Shown here one piece after another: positions 17,960 through 28,993 of a DNA stretch of 64,000 bases (its first letter is position 1; every line of letters starts with the position of its first letter). The notes under the pieces were generated by a model that saw only the letters and a program-made list of their open reading frames with translations, was not told the DNA's origin and ran no database searches. This DNA is from a virus, in the IMG/VR virus record IMGVR_UViG_3300018059_000012, positions 1 to 64,000 of that record. One strand, given 5' to 3'. Made by a program: the position numbers and the translations under genes.

Positions 17960-20465
17960 TGGACGAACTACGAATGGACAAAGGGGATGTGACAGTCGAA
18001 GAGATCGACGAGGAATGCGACGCGTGCACGGTCGGGCCGCCCACGCATATCGTGAGGCTCAACATTCGATCCGCTGGTGAGGCCCACGAGCTTGGGCGCT
18101 ATTGCAAGGCGTGCGCGAAGAGCGTCGCTGAAAGAATCCGGGACGGCCTCCCCCACGCGCTGGGCCAGGAGGGGGAGTGATGGTCTTCATGACGCTCAAC
18201 TCGGAGTACACGATGGAAGAGAAGTCTCCGGGTGTGTTCATCATCACCAAGACCAAGGAGTTGAAACCCAGCCGATTCAACGATGTAGGCCAGCAGCGTA
18301 TGAGCAGTGAGGCGCGCGTCGTCGTGGGTGAGTGCGCGCAGTTTGACTCGTGGCATACCAGCAGGGTTGTGAGCATCGACACCCCCGGAGGCCCGCTCAA
18401 TGGATAAGCGCACGGCGCGGCGGGCGGCTGAGTGGGCGCACGAGTGGCTCAATGGTAAAGAGTCGCTGGCGGAGCTGCTGGGGCGGTTCTCCATTCACGA
18501 GATCGCGGTCTGGCGACGGAAATATGAGGCCGACGCCATCGCGCGGGCCGTGTGGGCGGAGAACGAGCGGTGCATTCGTGCGATCTGTCTTGCGTGTCGT
18601 GAGGCTGACGACAGCGAAGGCCCGGAAGCGGAGTATCAAGCTGACCCATCGCCAATGTGGTGGCATGGAACGAAAGAGTGTAAGGCAGCAGCCCTCCGCG
18701 CGTCGTCGCCCCCGGAGATTCCCGCTGCTATAAGTTGGCTAGCGCACGATAGTCACGGGTGCGCGAAGTGTTCCCCTTTGCCCCCGGAGGTGACGCGGTG
18801 AGCAACCCCTCCGGCGGTCATATGGAATGCCTCTTGGCCGGTAAGTGCATGTGTGAACCCTGGAAGAAGCCGCGCAAGAAGAAGAGGACCCCGCGATGAG
18901 CGAGGCGACAAGGACACCAATGGGTATCTCAGGTTATCTCATCACGACAAGTGGGAAGGAGCCGAAAGCGATGACGGACCAGCCCCGCGACGCCACAAGA
19001 CAACCGACCTTCACCGAGCGCAAAGTGTTGGAGCTGATCGCCCTGAAGCAGGATTACGTAGCCGACACGATCCACCCGCGCGCGTTCACCGCGTGTTGGG
19101 CGGCGGGGTGGATCGCCGCGAACCCGCAGAATGAAGAGTACCCCGACGCGGTGATCTTGACAGATACAGGTCGGAGGGCTCTTGATGCCTGACCCCCGCG
19201 ACGCGGGCGTGGAGGCGGCGCGCAAGATTGTCGATAGGTTCATTGTGCTCAGCACGGAGGGTGAAACGAACGTTGAAGCACCTGAGACGCTGGTCCAGGC
19301 CATCGCCGCCTACACCGACGCCGCCGTGAAGGGGAAGGATGAGCATATTGCTCAACTGGAACGCGAGCGCAGGAAGGCCGATCAACTCAGTGACGATCAC
19401 GTGCGTAGGCTGATCGACGATGTTTATGGCTTGACAGTTCGCCTCGCCGCTGCGGAGGGGGAAGTGAGCCGCCTGTTTAGCGTCCTTGCCAGTAAGGAAG
19501 AAGATCGCCTGCATACAGACCAGGAGACGACCAAGGCCATTGAGGAGTTGATTGCTGAGCGCGACACGCTCAAGGCCGTGCGGGATCAGTTGCGGGTCAA
19601 CGTCGCGGCGATCACTGAAAAGGTATCGCGTTACGACCGGGAGGTTGGCGAGCTTAAGGCCGCCGTCGAGCAGGCGCTAGCGCGGATCGACACGACGCTA
19701 CGCGCCGCATCCGAGGAGCGGTATCAAGAGATGGCGAGGTGGGAGGCGGAGGCGCTAAAATGGAAGGCTGAAGGAGATATGTACGGCTGGAACTTCTTCC
19801 AGGGCATGAAGTCCGGAGCCAACTGGTGCGACATCATCTATCGGCGCATCGGGCGCGAGGTCGCAGCGATCCGCGAAGAGCGGGCCGCCCTCATCGCGGT
19901 GTCAAGTATCGACATACGTCCAGCGACGTTATCTATGGAGACGTACGAAGGATTCAAGGGGAGTGACTGATGTGCGTCATCGAATTCGATCCCGTTGAAG
20001 TCTGGGAGGAGCATACACGCAAGGCGCGGAAACACCACCGCTGTTCCTGCTGCCGTGCCCCAATTAGATCAGGTGAACAGTACAGGACCATCTTCGCGGT
20101 GGGTGAGGATGGCATGCTGTTCGAGAAGTCCTGTGAGGCCTGCGGGATCGCACGGGATGAGTTCGCCGAGGCTCACGATGGGAGTAGTCCAAATCCAACA
20201 TCATTCATCCAGGTCCTCAATGCATGTATCGCCGAGGGTGACCGGGCGAGCGAAGAGCAGTGGCGACCGATGCTCAAAGTACTCGAACTGCGAAAGGGGC
20301 AGTATGCACAAGGATGAAGCCGAGTGGGCGCATCAGTGCAGACAGTGTGGCAAGCGGTGGGCGTGGATCAACATGGAACGTGGGTACGGCGTCCCAGGGC
20401 TCATCAGGCTTCTCATGCGCGTCCCACTGCTCGGGATGCACTATTACATTACCTGCCCACGATGA
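17956..20465 (+). other. Cluster of small phage accessory ORFs (17956-18180, 18177-18407, 18400-18801, 18896-19192, 19182-19970 coiled coil, 19970-20317 Zn finger, and others)
   Basis: Coupled ORFs with RBSs; TRKARK.HRC..C...I..GEQY motif in 19970-20317. Confidence 0.6.
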
Positions 20466-20543
20466 GTGATGATGAACAATGATCAGCGTGATGATGAACA
20501 CCACGGGAGCATGGTGATGAAACTCACTTCAGCATCAAGACTC

Positions 20544-20572
20544 TGGACAGGCTCTCAACACTCTGCTAGTCT
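20544..20572 (+). promoter_or_regulatory. Candidate sigma70 promoter
   Basis: TGGACA-17 nt-TAGTCT with extended -10 TG, upstream of the AGAGGAG RBS of 20596. Confidence 0.5.
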
Positions 20573-20595
20573 CCACCTCAAGAGGAGCGAATGAC

Positions 20596-21270
20596 ATGGA
20601 ACTGAAGCTGATGGCCTTGAGTGCTGAGGATCTGAAGTACATCATGGGCAGCATGCAGACACTGCCGCTGGATCACCTGAACAGAGCGATCGGTCCGTCA
20701 CTCACTCGACCCACTCGCGATCCGATGCAGGTGGTGAAGGTGCTCAGGCGTGCCGCTGAGCTCGTTGAGCTACCTGAAGGGTGGTGTCAGGGCACGCACT
20801 GTCAAGTGGATGGGCGAGAGATCCTCGGGTATGACACACTCGTCAAGATCGCACAAGCCCTCGCCCATGGTGCGCACGCGGTGAGTCGGCAGGAAGGCAA
20901 ACGGCTCTTCGATGCAGCCAGTAAGGTCTGTCTCGAAGGGGCGCTGTACAAGGCAGACCTCGAGCTCTTCCCTCCACAGCCTGGTGAGCGTGAGTACATT
21001 GATGTCAATCGTGCACTGACTGCGATCGGCGTGTACATCAAGCTGCATCAGTACCGGATCGAGCTGGACCAGCGCGACCTCGACTTCTACGCGCAGCAGA
21101 AGAACAAGAATCCGCAGCAGCCGGAGATGATCGAGACACCTGAGGGGATGACGTACATTGTCCCATCCCCGTACGTCTTCAACGACTGGCGGACGACGAC
21201 AGCGGAGATGGTGGCAGGACTTCTGCGCGAGGTCGCTGATTACCAGGAGCGCGTCATCACCAACGACTGA
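20596..21270 (+). CDS. Phage protein (DUF6197-like)
   Basis: LRRAAELV...GWCQG...CLEGAL...FND...T.EMV..LL. Confidence 0.6.
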   Translation: MELKLMALSAEDLKYIMGSMQTLPLDHLNRAIGPSLTRPTRDPMQVVKVLRRAAELVELPEGWCQGTHCQVDGREILGYDTLVKIAQALAHGAHAVSRQEGKRLFDAASKVCLEGALYKADLELFPPQPGEREYIDVNRALTAIGVYIKLHQYRIELDQRDLDFYAQQKNKNPQQPEMIETPEGMTYIVPSPYVFNDWRTTTAEMVAGLLREVADYQERVITND

Positions 21271-21972
21271 GGATGGATCCCTTGTCACGGGAACAGCGTG
21301 AAACACTCGAGGAGTTGAATCGCCGGGCGAAACGTTTGGCACGAGAAGCCCGTCCAGCGTATCGCCTCAAGCAGGAGCGTCGCTTCATTGCCTATCGCAT
21401 CATCGCGCTCAGCCTGTTCATGATTCTGCTGATGGTAGGGCTGGCGGCGTACTTTCTATGATGCCACGGATGCATTACGAACGGATCATGCTCCATGGGA
21501 ACAAGAAAGCAATATGCGCAACCAACGCGACGACCGCACAACTGACCGAGCACGTGAACGTCGTGACTTGCCTCGATTGTATCAAACGTTTGAAACGAGC
21601 CGGGAAGATGGCGGGGCTCGTCGTTGCATCATCGTGCCCCCATGGTTGCGGCCCAGCGAGCGCGTGCAGACAGAACGGCCGTACGCCTGCCGGTTCTGCC
21701 GAACAGGCCTGACATACATGACGAGCCCCCATCTCTGCGAGCAGATGGTGATGGCGAGCGAGCATGACGGAGGTCTCGCAGAGCGTGTTGACTGGTGTCG
21801 ACGGACACTCAGGCAGGCGTTCAAGAAGATCTTTGATCGCTACGAGATCGAAGATGTGGTGCTGGGGATATGACGCCCTGGCATTTGCTGAACAAGCGTG
21901 ATTGGTTGGCGTCGTGCCGGGAGGCGCTCACACGAGGTCGTATCACTGCTGTCCAACGACACAGGGAGACCG

Positions 21973-23451
21973 ATGATGAGCGATCCAACGACGGACAGTC
22001 CAGCAGTGCTTCTGAACAGACCAGAGGGCGGATCCGAACTCCAGGGTCGTTCACCTGGCGTGGCAGAGGGCCAGCCTGAGTCTACCCTTGATCTAGAGGG
22101 GAAAGATTCAACCCAGGCCCAGGACGGAGCACAGGCTAGGGGCTGGGAGCGGGGTATCCGGACCCCACCTGGGACCAGGCTGCTCAAGGTCCTGGTCCCG
22201 TCCTGCACTGATCAATTCCTGAATGTCTGTCTCGCGTCGATGGAGCGGAGTCAGCCAGGCTCCACCGGCAGCGTAATCATCGGGGACAACGGCATCAGTG
22301 AGGAGCTGAAGCGGAAGTATCCACAGGCGGTGTACATCCCGATTCCCAAGCCGTTCGTCTTCGCCAAGGCGGTAAACCTCATGGCGCAGGCGGCGGGGCA
22401 GTACCTCACGCAGATCCGCGACGACAACCAGAAAGACTTCATCGGGCCGGATCTCCTGGTGCTCAACGATGACTGTGAGGTGGAGAGCATCCACTGGCTG
22501 CACATGATTCAGCAGGCGCTAAGTCTGCCTACCCATCAGGACTACGGGATGCTGAGCCTGGAGATCAATGGCGGGGTGGGCAACGACGAGCAGAAGGTCA
22601 CACATCAGAATCCCGACGGGCTCACCGAAGTGGAGAAGCCGCTGATGTTCGTAGCGGTGGTGATCCGGAACGAGTGCTGGCAGACCGTGGGCCCACTCGA
22701 TGAGCGCTTCGTCGGCTACGGCTTCGATGACAACGACTACAACGTCAGGGTGAAAGCGGCAGGATTCAAGTGCGGGGTGATGGGCGCGGCCCGTGTCAAG
22801 CACGGGATGGGCGGCTATCCCCATTCCTCCTCATACGCCAGGATCTACGGGCAGGCGGAATGGAACAGACTCTACGAGATGAATGGCCGGCTGCTCAAGC
22901 ACAAGTATGGAGTGAAGGAAGTCACCAACCGGCTCTGCCTGAACATCGGATGTGGAGATCAGCCCAAGGCGAGCGAAGGCCTGGACCGCTGGTTGAACAT
23001 GGACATTCAGAACTTTCCTGGTGTGGAGATCGTCAGGGATCTCCGCCGTGGCATCCCGGTGCCTGATGAGACGTTCGATCACGTCCTGCTTGACAACGTG
23101 CTCGAGCACTTCGAGTCCGAGGATGTGGTCTTCATCATCAATGAGATCGATCGGATCCTCAAGGTCGGTGGGACGGCGGAGATCATCGTCCCGCACTGCA
23201 TGGTCGGGCAGGGTGCCTATCAGGACCCGACACACAAGAGCTTCTTCGTGCCCAGGTCAGTGCTGTACTGGAATCAGGAGATGAGTGCACGCGGTGGGAA
23301 GTTCGTGGGGATCTCCGCGAACCTCATCCCCTACCCCGATGCCGCGAAGGGCATCCAGGTCTACGGGGATTCGACGCACACCGAGGAGTTCATCCGCTTT
23401 ATCCTCAAGAAGAAGGCATGGGACAATCCTCGCCCGGTGATCACGTTCTGA
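21973..23451 (+). CDS. Fusion of GT2 glycosyltransferase and class I SAM methyltransferase
   Basis: FVFAKAVN, LVLNDDC, VGPLDERFVGYGFDDNDY; C-terminal LNIGCG, DI, DLRRGIP..DETFD, VLEH, DPTH. Confidence 0.88.
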   Translation: MMSDPTTDSPAVLLNRPEGGSELQGRSPGVAEGQPESTLDLEGKDSTQAQDGAQARGWERGIRTPPGTRLLKVLVPSCTDQFLNVCLASMERSQPGSTGSVIIGDNGISEELKRKYPQAVYIPIPKPFVFAKAVNLMAQAAGQYLTQIRDDNQKDFIGPDLLVLNDDCEVESIHWLHMIQQALSLPTHQDYGMLSLEINGGVGNDEQKVTHQNPDGLTEVEKPLMFVAVVIRNECWQTVGPLDERFVGYGFDDNDYNVRVKAAGFKCGVMGAARVKHGMGGYPHSSSYARIYGQAEWNRLYEMNGRLLKHKYGVKEVTNRLCLNIGCGDQPKASEGLDRWLNMDIQNFPGVEIVRDLRRGIPVPDETFDHVLLDNVLEHFESEDVVFIINEIDRILKVGGTAEIIVPHCMVGQGAYQDPTHKSFFVPRSVLYWNQEMSARGGKFVGISANLIPYPDAAKGIQVYGDSTHTEEFIRFILKKKAWDNPRPVITF

Positions 23452-23879
23452 TGGCTCAGCGCGTGGATGCGGAAGGGAAGTATCGAGGGATGTACGACCA
23501 GAAGCCGGTGATCGAGCGCTACCGTGACTGGCAATATCGGTGGGGACTCTACACCAGTGGGACACTCACCGGCCTGGGATTGACGTTCTATCTCTTTGTC
23601 TGGGCGATCGGCCTATCACTCGCGCTTCCAGTGGTGATCGGTCCGTTCTCCTGGTTCGTGAGAGCGTGGTGGTGGTTCTGGGCAGGCGGGACGGTGTGCT
23701 GATGGCTGAGTACAGCGTGATGCGGGCGATGTACCTCTGCTACCTGTTCACGTGGGATCGCCCGGCGTACGAGCGTGAGATGATGAAGCCATGAAATCGA
23801 TCATGGTGAGCATTGGGCTCATCATCGTCATGTTGATCGTGGTGCCATTCATCATGAGACTCTTGGGGCGGTGGTGGTG

Positions 23880-24206
23880 ATGACCAGGCGTGAGTTGTTC
23901 AGGCAGGTGTTAGGGACCACCGCGACGGCGATGATTCCAGTCGGGCTGCGCATGCCGCAATGGTACGGGACGCTCGGGCAGTGGATGCATCACAGCGAGT
24001 ATGGTGTCCGTCGTCTCGAGAAGCTGAAGCAGCTCGTGGAAGTCCCAGGCAGCGCATTCAGCACGATCCCATCAACGTTCATCACGTACAACACGCCAGG
24101 CTTCACGCGATTCACCGGATGGGTGGGACACTACGAGACTGCACCCGCGCGCATTCTCGGGTGGATGGATCAGTCAGGGCGTGTGTGGTGGGCCAAACAA
24201 CCCTAA
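23880..24206 (+). CDS. Small protein with twin-arginine-like N-terminus
   Basis: MTRRELFRQVLG... Confidence 0.5.
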   Translation: MTRRELFRQVLGTTATAMIPVGLRMPQWYGTLGQWMHHSEYGVRRLEKLKQLVEVPGSAFSTIPSTFITYNTPGFTRFTGWVGHYETAPARILGWMDQSGRVWWAKQP

Positions 24207-24220
24207 CAGGAGGACCGATC

Positions 24221-24427
24221 ATGGCCAAGAAGAAAGACGACGAAGAGGGTGCTGAGGGTGGAGCGCCCCAGCGCGGGTCGTTCGAGTCGGTGAAGGCGGA
24301 GCTGGTCCAGCTCGAGCAGGAAGTCAACGCGGCGATCCGGGTCAACGAGATCGGGGAACGGAGTGAGGTCGATCAGATCCTGACCACCATGCAGCGTCGC
24401 CTCCGCGACGTCAACAAGACTGTGTGA
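24221..24427 (+). CDS. Hypothetical protein
   Basis: AGGAGG RBS, MAKKK start. Confidence 0.65.
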   Translation: MAKKKDDEEGAEGGAPQRGSFESVKAELVQLEQEVNAAIRVNEIGERSEVDQILTTMQRRLRDVNKTV

Positions 24428-24450
24428 TCTTATACGATGAGTGAGCCGGC

Positions 24451-24780
24451 ATGTCTAGGCAGCGCCATATGATCAAGGGTTCGAACGGCGGTGTGACGTG
24501 GAAGTATGTTGGTGGTGCCGCGATCGGCCTGGTCATTCTTGGTGGCAGCGGCTGGCTGACATTTCAGCAGAGTCAACTCGGCGGTGTTTCCGTGGCTGTG
24601 GAGAGGACGAAAGAAAAGCTGGCTGAGCAGACGACGGATCAGGCGGTCACCAAGACAAAGGTGCAGGACATCGACCGCAAAGTCGATGAGGTGCGGAAGG
24701 ATGTCGCTGACATCAAGAGCACGCTTCAGCAGATCCTGATCAATCAGCAGATCCAACAACTCCGCGATCCGAAGCGTTGA
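24451..24780 (+). CDS. Membrane-anchored coiled-coil protein
   Basis: One hydrophobic helix followed by heptad repeats. Confidence 0.6.
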   Translation: MSRQRHMIKGSNGGVTWKYVGGAAIGLVILGGSGWLTFQQSQLGGVSVAVERTKEKLAEQTTDQAVTKTKVQDIDRKVDEVRKDVADIKSTLQQILINQQIQQLRDPKR

Positions 24781-24808
24781 TCATGAACGACACAGGAGGG
24801 TAAGCGGG

Positions 24809-25075
24809 ATGGACAGGCGAGGATTCCTCAGGTACTTGCCGATGCTGCCAACATTGCCGGCAGTGGCGATGCAGCACATCACTCCGATACAGAAGATCAT
24901 GACGAGCGAGACCACGAGGCCGACACTCATGAAGGGTGGGCTCTTCAAGACGCGGCAGTCGTGGGAGGTGCTCGCCAATGGTGGTAAGCGGATCATCGAG
25001 CATGTGACCTGGGTGACCGTGAACAACGAAACCATACCCGGTAGTACGCGGTGGATCCAGTATGCAAGGCGTTGA
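24809..25075 (+). CDS. Small protein with twin-arginine-like N-terminus
   Basis: MDRRGFLRYL; AGGAGG RBS. Confidence 0.55.
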   Translation: MDRRGFLRYLPMLPTLPAVAMQHITPIQKIMTSETTRPTLMKGGLFKTRQSWEVLANGGKRIIEHVTWVTVNNETIPGSTRWIQYARR

Positions 25076-25799
25076 AAGCGAGAGCGGTGGGGTCATGGTC
25101 GCTGTCCCATCCAGCGGTCTGACTCGCTACATCACCTTCGAGATGTCAGTCGAAGGGGTTTTCGTTCCACGGCATTCCACGTATGCGCGGCCATCGAGCA
25201 GCAGCCCGGCGTGGAACCGGAATGAAATGATCAGGCGGGCCAAGCCGGAGATCTCCCACTTCTTCTTCGTCGATGATGATCACATGTTCGACCAAGAGCT
25301 GATCATGAAGTTGTTGGCGCACAAGCTGGAGATCGTCTGCTGCTTGACCCTGCTGAGCAAGCCTCACTTCTGGCCGGTGCTCTTCGCGGATGAGGTAAAG
25401 GTGAACGGCAAGACCAAGTGGCAGTCCGTGCCGTGGACGGAGTTGGATCACAAGACAGGGCTCTACGGCCCGGTGTGGGCAGCGGCAGGCGCTGGCATTC
25501 TCGTGGCGAAGACACTCACCGATCGCATTCCGGATCCATGGTTCGCGCTCGGGCAGTACTCCAAGGATGAGTGTCATGAGGATATGTACTTCTACGATCG
25601 GGTCCGTGAGGCTGGGGTGCCGATCTACGTCGATGTCGAGGCCGTGCTTGGGCACACGGCGCCATGTACGGCGATGCCGGTTCGTGGTGATGATGGGCTC
25701 TGGCGCGTCCAGCTCGTCTGGGAGAATGGGGAGACGGTCACCCTCGATCGCAAGGACTCGATGCTGAAAGCACAGATCCTTGCCGGAGCCAGGCCATGA
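25062..25799 (+). CDS. Glycosyltransferase, GT-A fold
   Basis: RNEMI, FFFVDDDHMF (DxD), GAGILV, PWF, HEDMYF..RV..AG..IYVD....GH. Confidence 0.8.
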   Translation: MQGVESESGGVMVAVPSSGLTRYITFEMSVEGVFVPRHSTYARPSSSSPAWNRNEMIRRAKPEISHFFFVDDDHMFDQELIMKLLAHKLEIVCCLTLLSKPHFWPVLFADEVKVNGKTKWQSVPWTELDHKTGLYGPVWAAAGAGILVAKTLTDRIPDPWFALGQYSKDECHEDMYFYDRVREAGVPIYVDVEAVLGHTAPCTAMPVRGDDGLWRVQLVWENGETVTLDRKDSMLKAQILAGARP

Positions 25800-27203
25800 A
25801 TCGCTTCATCGAGTTGCGTCTGGATGGACTGCTGCCGGAGCACATGCAGGGTCGGCAGGTCAACCCTGGTGAGTACCTCGGGCAGATCATGGTGATCAAT
25901 CGTGCCTCGCACCCACTGGAGCGCGTCGAAGTGATCGATGAGACGCAGCGGATGGATGTCCTCTTCTCCAGTGTGCGTAATGGCGATGGTGTCCGTGAGC
26001 GCTTGCGGCTGGGAACGATCCTGCCTGGTGGGCGGGCTGTTTGCCATGCCAGGCTCTGCAAACAAGCGATCGAGGGTCGCTTACAGATTCGCGTTGATGC
26101 GCTTGCACCAGTGGAGACGGTGACGGCATGAACATCATCTTCAGTCTCTCGCGGTACTTCTTCAAGCGGACTAGTGTGTACGAGTGGGATCGTTGGACGA
26201 TTCAGCTCCTCTGGATCCTGAAGATCAAGATCGATCGGCAGTGGGTGGATGATAAGCAGTACAATCCACTCTACTGGACGAGTGTGAGGATGTGGCGGTA
26301 TCGACATCCGATCTGGTTCAGACGACAGATCGGGCTGCGCATTGATCGTTTGATGATCGATCGAAAGGTGGGCATGTTCTGGTTGAGTCGTGATCGTGGA
26401 TCACGTGGGCGGTTGCTCATTCCATTCCGTCGTCTCAGGGTGAAGTGATGAGCGTCAAGCTTGGGAACGGCTTGGTGGTGCCGGATGAGGCGATCATCCT
26501 CGACATGGGGTCACGTGGGGAGCAGACCGGGAAGGTGGACTTTGCAGTCTGGTGCGTCCCGATGATTGCCTACAAGGGTGACGCGGCGGTAGTGCTCCAG
26601 GTCACGCAGAAGCCGATGACCCCACCGCAGCTCGCGACAGGCGTGATTCTCACCCGATCGATGCTGCAGCAGATGCTCGTCGACATTCAGATGCGGCCGC
26701 GATGCTGAACGCCGAATCACGATTCAAGTGGGCAATCAAGGATGCCTGGACGAAGGGGATCTATCCCGGGCCGACGTTCTTGAATGCGCTCATCCACAAC
26801 AGGAAGAGTGATAACCTCAATAGTCGTGAGACCACCTGGCGGCGTGAGGTGATGACAGAGCTGGGCATCCCACTCAAGCGCCCAAAGGGGAGCAAGGCGG
26901 CGAAGCGGCAGATGACAGGCAGACGTCCACGGGCGATCATCCCCAAGATTCTCTGCTGCATGAACACACCAGGGTGCCGCTGCTGTGCCTGAACCCAAAA
27001 AGCCTCGGCGTCGGCGGATCACCAAGCCACGCTGTGGCTGCTGTGGGGCGACGATCTACGTGAGTCGGCAGCAGTGCCTGGTGATCATCGGTCACTTCGA
27101 GAAGGAGAACGGACAGGCCGAACAGTACGTCATGCCTGTGCATCTCGAGTGTGCGAAAACATCCAGACAACTTGCCTTCGATGCGGGGATGCGGTGTAAC
27201 TGA
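25796..27203 (+). other. Five small coupled hypothetical ORFs (25796-26131, 26128-26448, 26445-26708, 26702-26992, 26985-27203)
   Basis: Overlapping start/stop chain leading into terL. Confidence 0.55.
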
Positions 27204-28993
27204 TGTTCTACCGAACCGGGATGCGCTATCTGGAAGTCCCGCCCGATCTAGAGGAGATCGAGCAGAGCGCTGAGGTCGAGCAACACCTGGTGAACGTCGC
27301 GTCTCGCTGGTTCATGAATCCTGTCGCCTTTGTCTGCGAGGTGCTCCAAGCCCAGCCCGATCCCTGGCAGTGTGATTTTCTCGATGCCGTTGCGGATCCA
27401 GACCCTGAGAGTGAGAACATCGCCCTCAGAGCGTGTCATGGTCCAGGCAAGACCACCACCTTAGCGTGGGCGATCGACTGGTTTGCGGCGACACACCCGT
27501 ATGCGAAGATCCCCACCACTGCCCCAACATTCAACAAGCAGGTGCGAGATATTCTCTGGGCTGAGATCCACAAGTGGTGGCGCATCGGCCTTGACAACCA
27601 GGAGATGCCCGAGGCGCAGTGGTTGCTCAATCAGTTCGAGCTCACCACCACCCGGCTCTACGCCAAGCACGCCCCAAACGAGTGGTTCGCGGTCGGCATC
27701 GCCTCGTCAGAGCCGCTCAACATCGAGGGTTATCACAGCCCGTATCTCCTTGCGGTCTTCGATGAAGCCAAGGGCGTGAAGAAACAGATCTGGGAGTCTG
27801 TCCAGGGCATGCGCACCACCCAGGCTGCGAAGCTGATTGTGGCTTCTACCCCAGGCGGCCCACTCGGTGAATTCTACAAGGTGTTCACGCAGTATCGGAG
27901 TACGTGGAAGCGGACGTTCGTCATTCATCCACGGGCGCTACAGGCGACGCTGAAGCGGAAGGAAGCCGCGCCGTACTCCAAGGGTGGGACGTACTACAGT
28001 GACCGCGTCAGGCCGGAGTGGATTCATGAGCGGGCTGAGGAGTGGGGCACTGACTCCCCGGCGTACATCGCCCGTGTCATCGGGGACTTCCCCACTGTTG
28101 AAGGCGATGTGCTCATCCCCTACTCGTGGCTCAGTGAGGCCGAGGATCGTGATGAGGGGGTGGGCGGGGATCTCGCCGTGGTCTCCTGCGACGTGGCGCG
28201 GTACGGGCGGGACCGGACAATCCTCTTTGCCGGCAGCGGAGGGACGGTGAACTATGGTGAGAGTATCGCACGGACGCCGGCGGAAAGCCTGTCCCCCGAT
28301 GCCACAGAGGCAAACATTGGGGCAAATCCTCGCCAACCTCGGTATCGATCCGTCGACGCGACGGCTGACTCCTGTCGGCGAGTCCGGCAGATCACTGGTG
28401 GCGATGTCATCGTCGTCGACGACACGGGTGTTGGCGGTGGCGTCACTGACATCCTCCGACGCAAGGGTGAAAAAGTCATTGGTATCAATTTTGGTAGTGC
28501 CCCGACCGACCGTCCGAAGGATGCTGAAGAACGCGAGGCTCGCAAGCGCAAACACCTCCTCGACTCCAAGTTCGTCAACCTCAAAGCGGAGATGGCTTGG
28601 GCGCTCAGGGGGGCGTTCGAGTCAGGTCTGATCGGACTCGGGCAACTCCCACCCTCCATCAGAGATGCCCTCGTCGCGCAGTGCAGCATGGTCAAGTACG
28701 AACTGGATCAGTCAGGACGCATTCGCATTGTCGACCCTGATGAACAGGATCAACTCGCGGCGGCTGCTGGCACGCTCGAAGGCAGGAAGTCGCCTGATCA
28801 CTTTCACAGCCTGATCCTCTACTGGTGGATCGCCGGGAACCTTGGCCGTGGCGTCAAGCCGAAGTCAGGCAGTCCGATTCCATCGGGCATCAAACGCTTG
28901 GGCTCGTCAGGGCAGGCGCAGCGCAGTATGACCCCGAACGCGCCACAGACACGCGGACCCGGGCAGGCAGGTTGGGTGAAACGGCGCTACTGA
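27203..28993 (+). CDS. terL: Terminase large subunit
   Basis: PDPWQ, Walker A ACHGPGKTT, TAPT, Walker B VFDEA, ASTP, nuclease SCDVARYGRD, VDDTGVGGGV.D, KSPD. Confidence 0.95.
   Translation: MFYRTGMRYLEVPPDLEEIEQSAEVEQHLVNVASRWFMNPVAFVCEVLQAQPDPWQCDFLDAVADPDPESENIALRACHGPGKTTTLAWAIDWFAATHPYAKIPTTAPTFNKQVRDILWAEIHKWWRIGLDNQEMPEAQWLLNQFELTTTRLYAKHAPNEWFAVGIASSEPLNIEGYHSPYLLAVFDEAKGVKKQIWESVQGMRTTQAAKLIVASTPGGPLGEFYKVFTQYRSTWKRTFVIHPRALQATLKRKEAAPYSKGGTYYSDRVRPEWIHERAEEWGTDSPAYIARVIGDFPTVEGDVLIPYSWLSEAEDRDEGVGGDLAVVSCDVARYGRDRTILFAGSGGTVNYGESIARTPAESLSPDATEANIGANPRQPRYRSVDATADSCRRVRQITGGDVIVVDDTGVGGGVTDILRRKGEKVIGINFGSAPTDRPKDAEEREARKRKHLLDSKFVNLKAEMAWALRGAFESGLIGLGQLPPSIRDALVAQCSMVKYELDQSGRIRIVDPDEQDQLAAAAGTLEGRKSPDHFHSLILYWWIAGNLGRGVKPKSGSPIPSGIKRLGSSGQAQRSMTPNAPQTRGPGQAGWVKRRY

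Noticed and set aside
20466-20522. GTGATGATGAACA twice plus a partial third copy; possible mini-CRISPR or iterons
   Set aside because: Only 13 bp with a 9-bp spacer, low complexity, and no cas genes; too short for an array
28780-28815. TerL KSPDHFHS lacks the second Asp of the usual SPD.xD motif; endolysin has EAGY rather than EGGY
   Set aside because: His can substitute as a metal ligand and the catalytic Glu is retained; not enough evidence for inactivation or novelty
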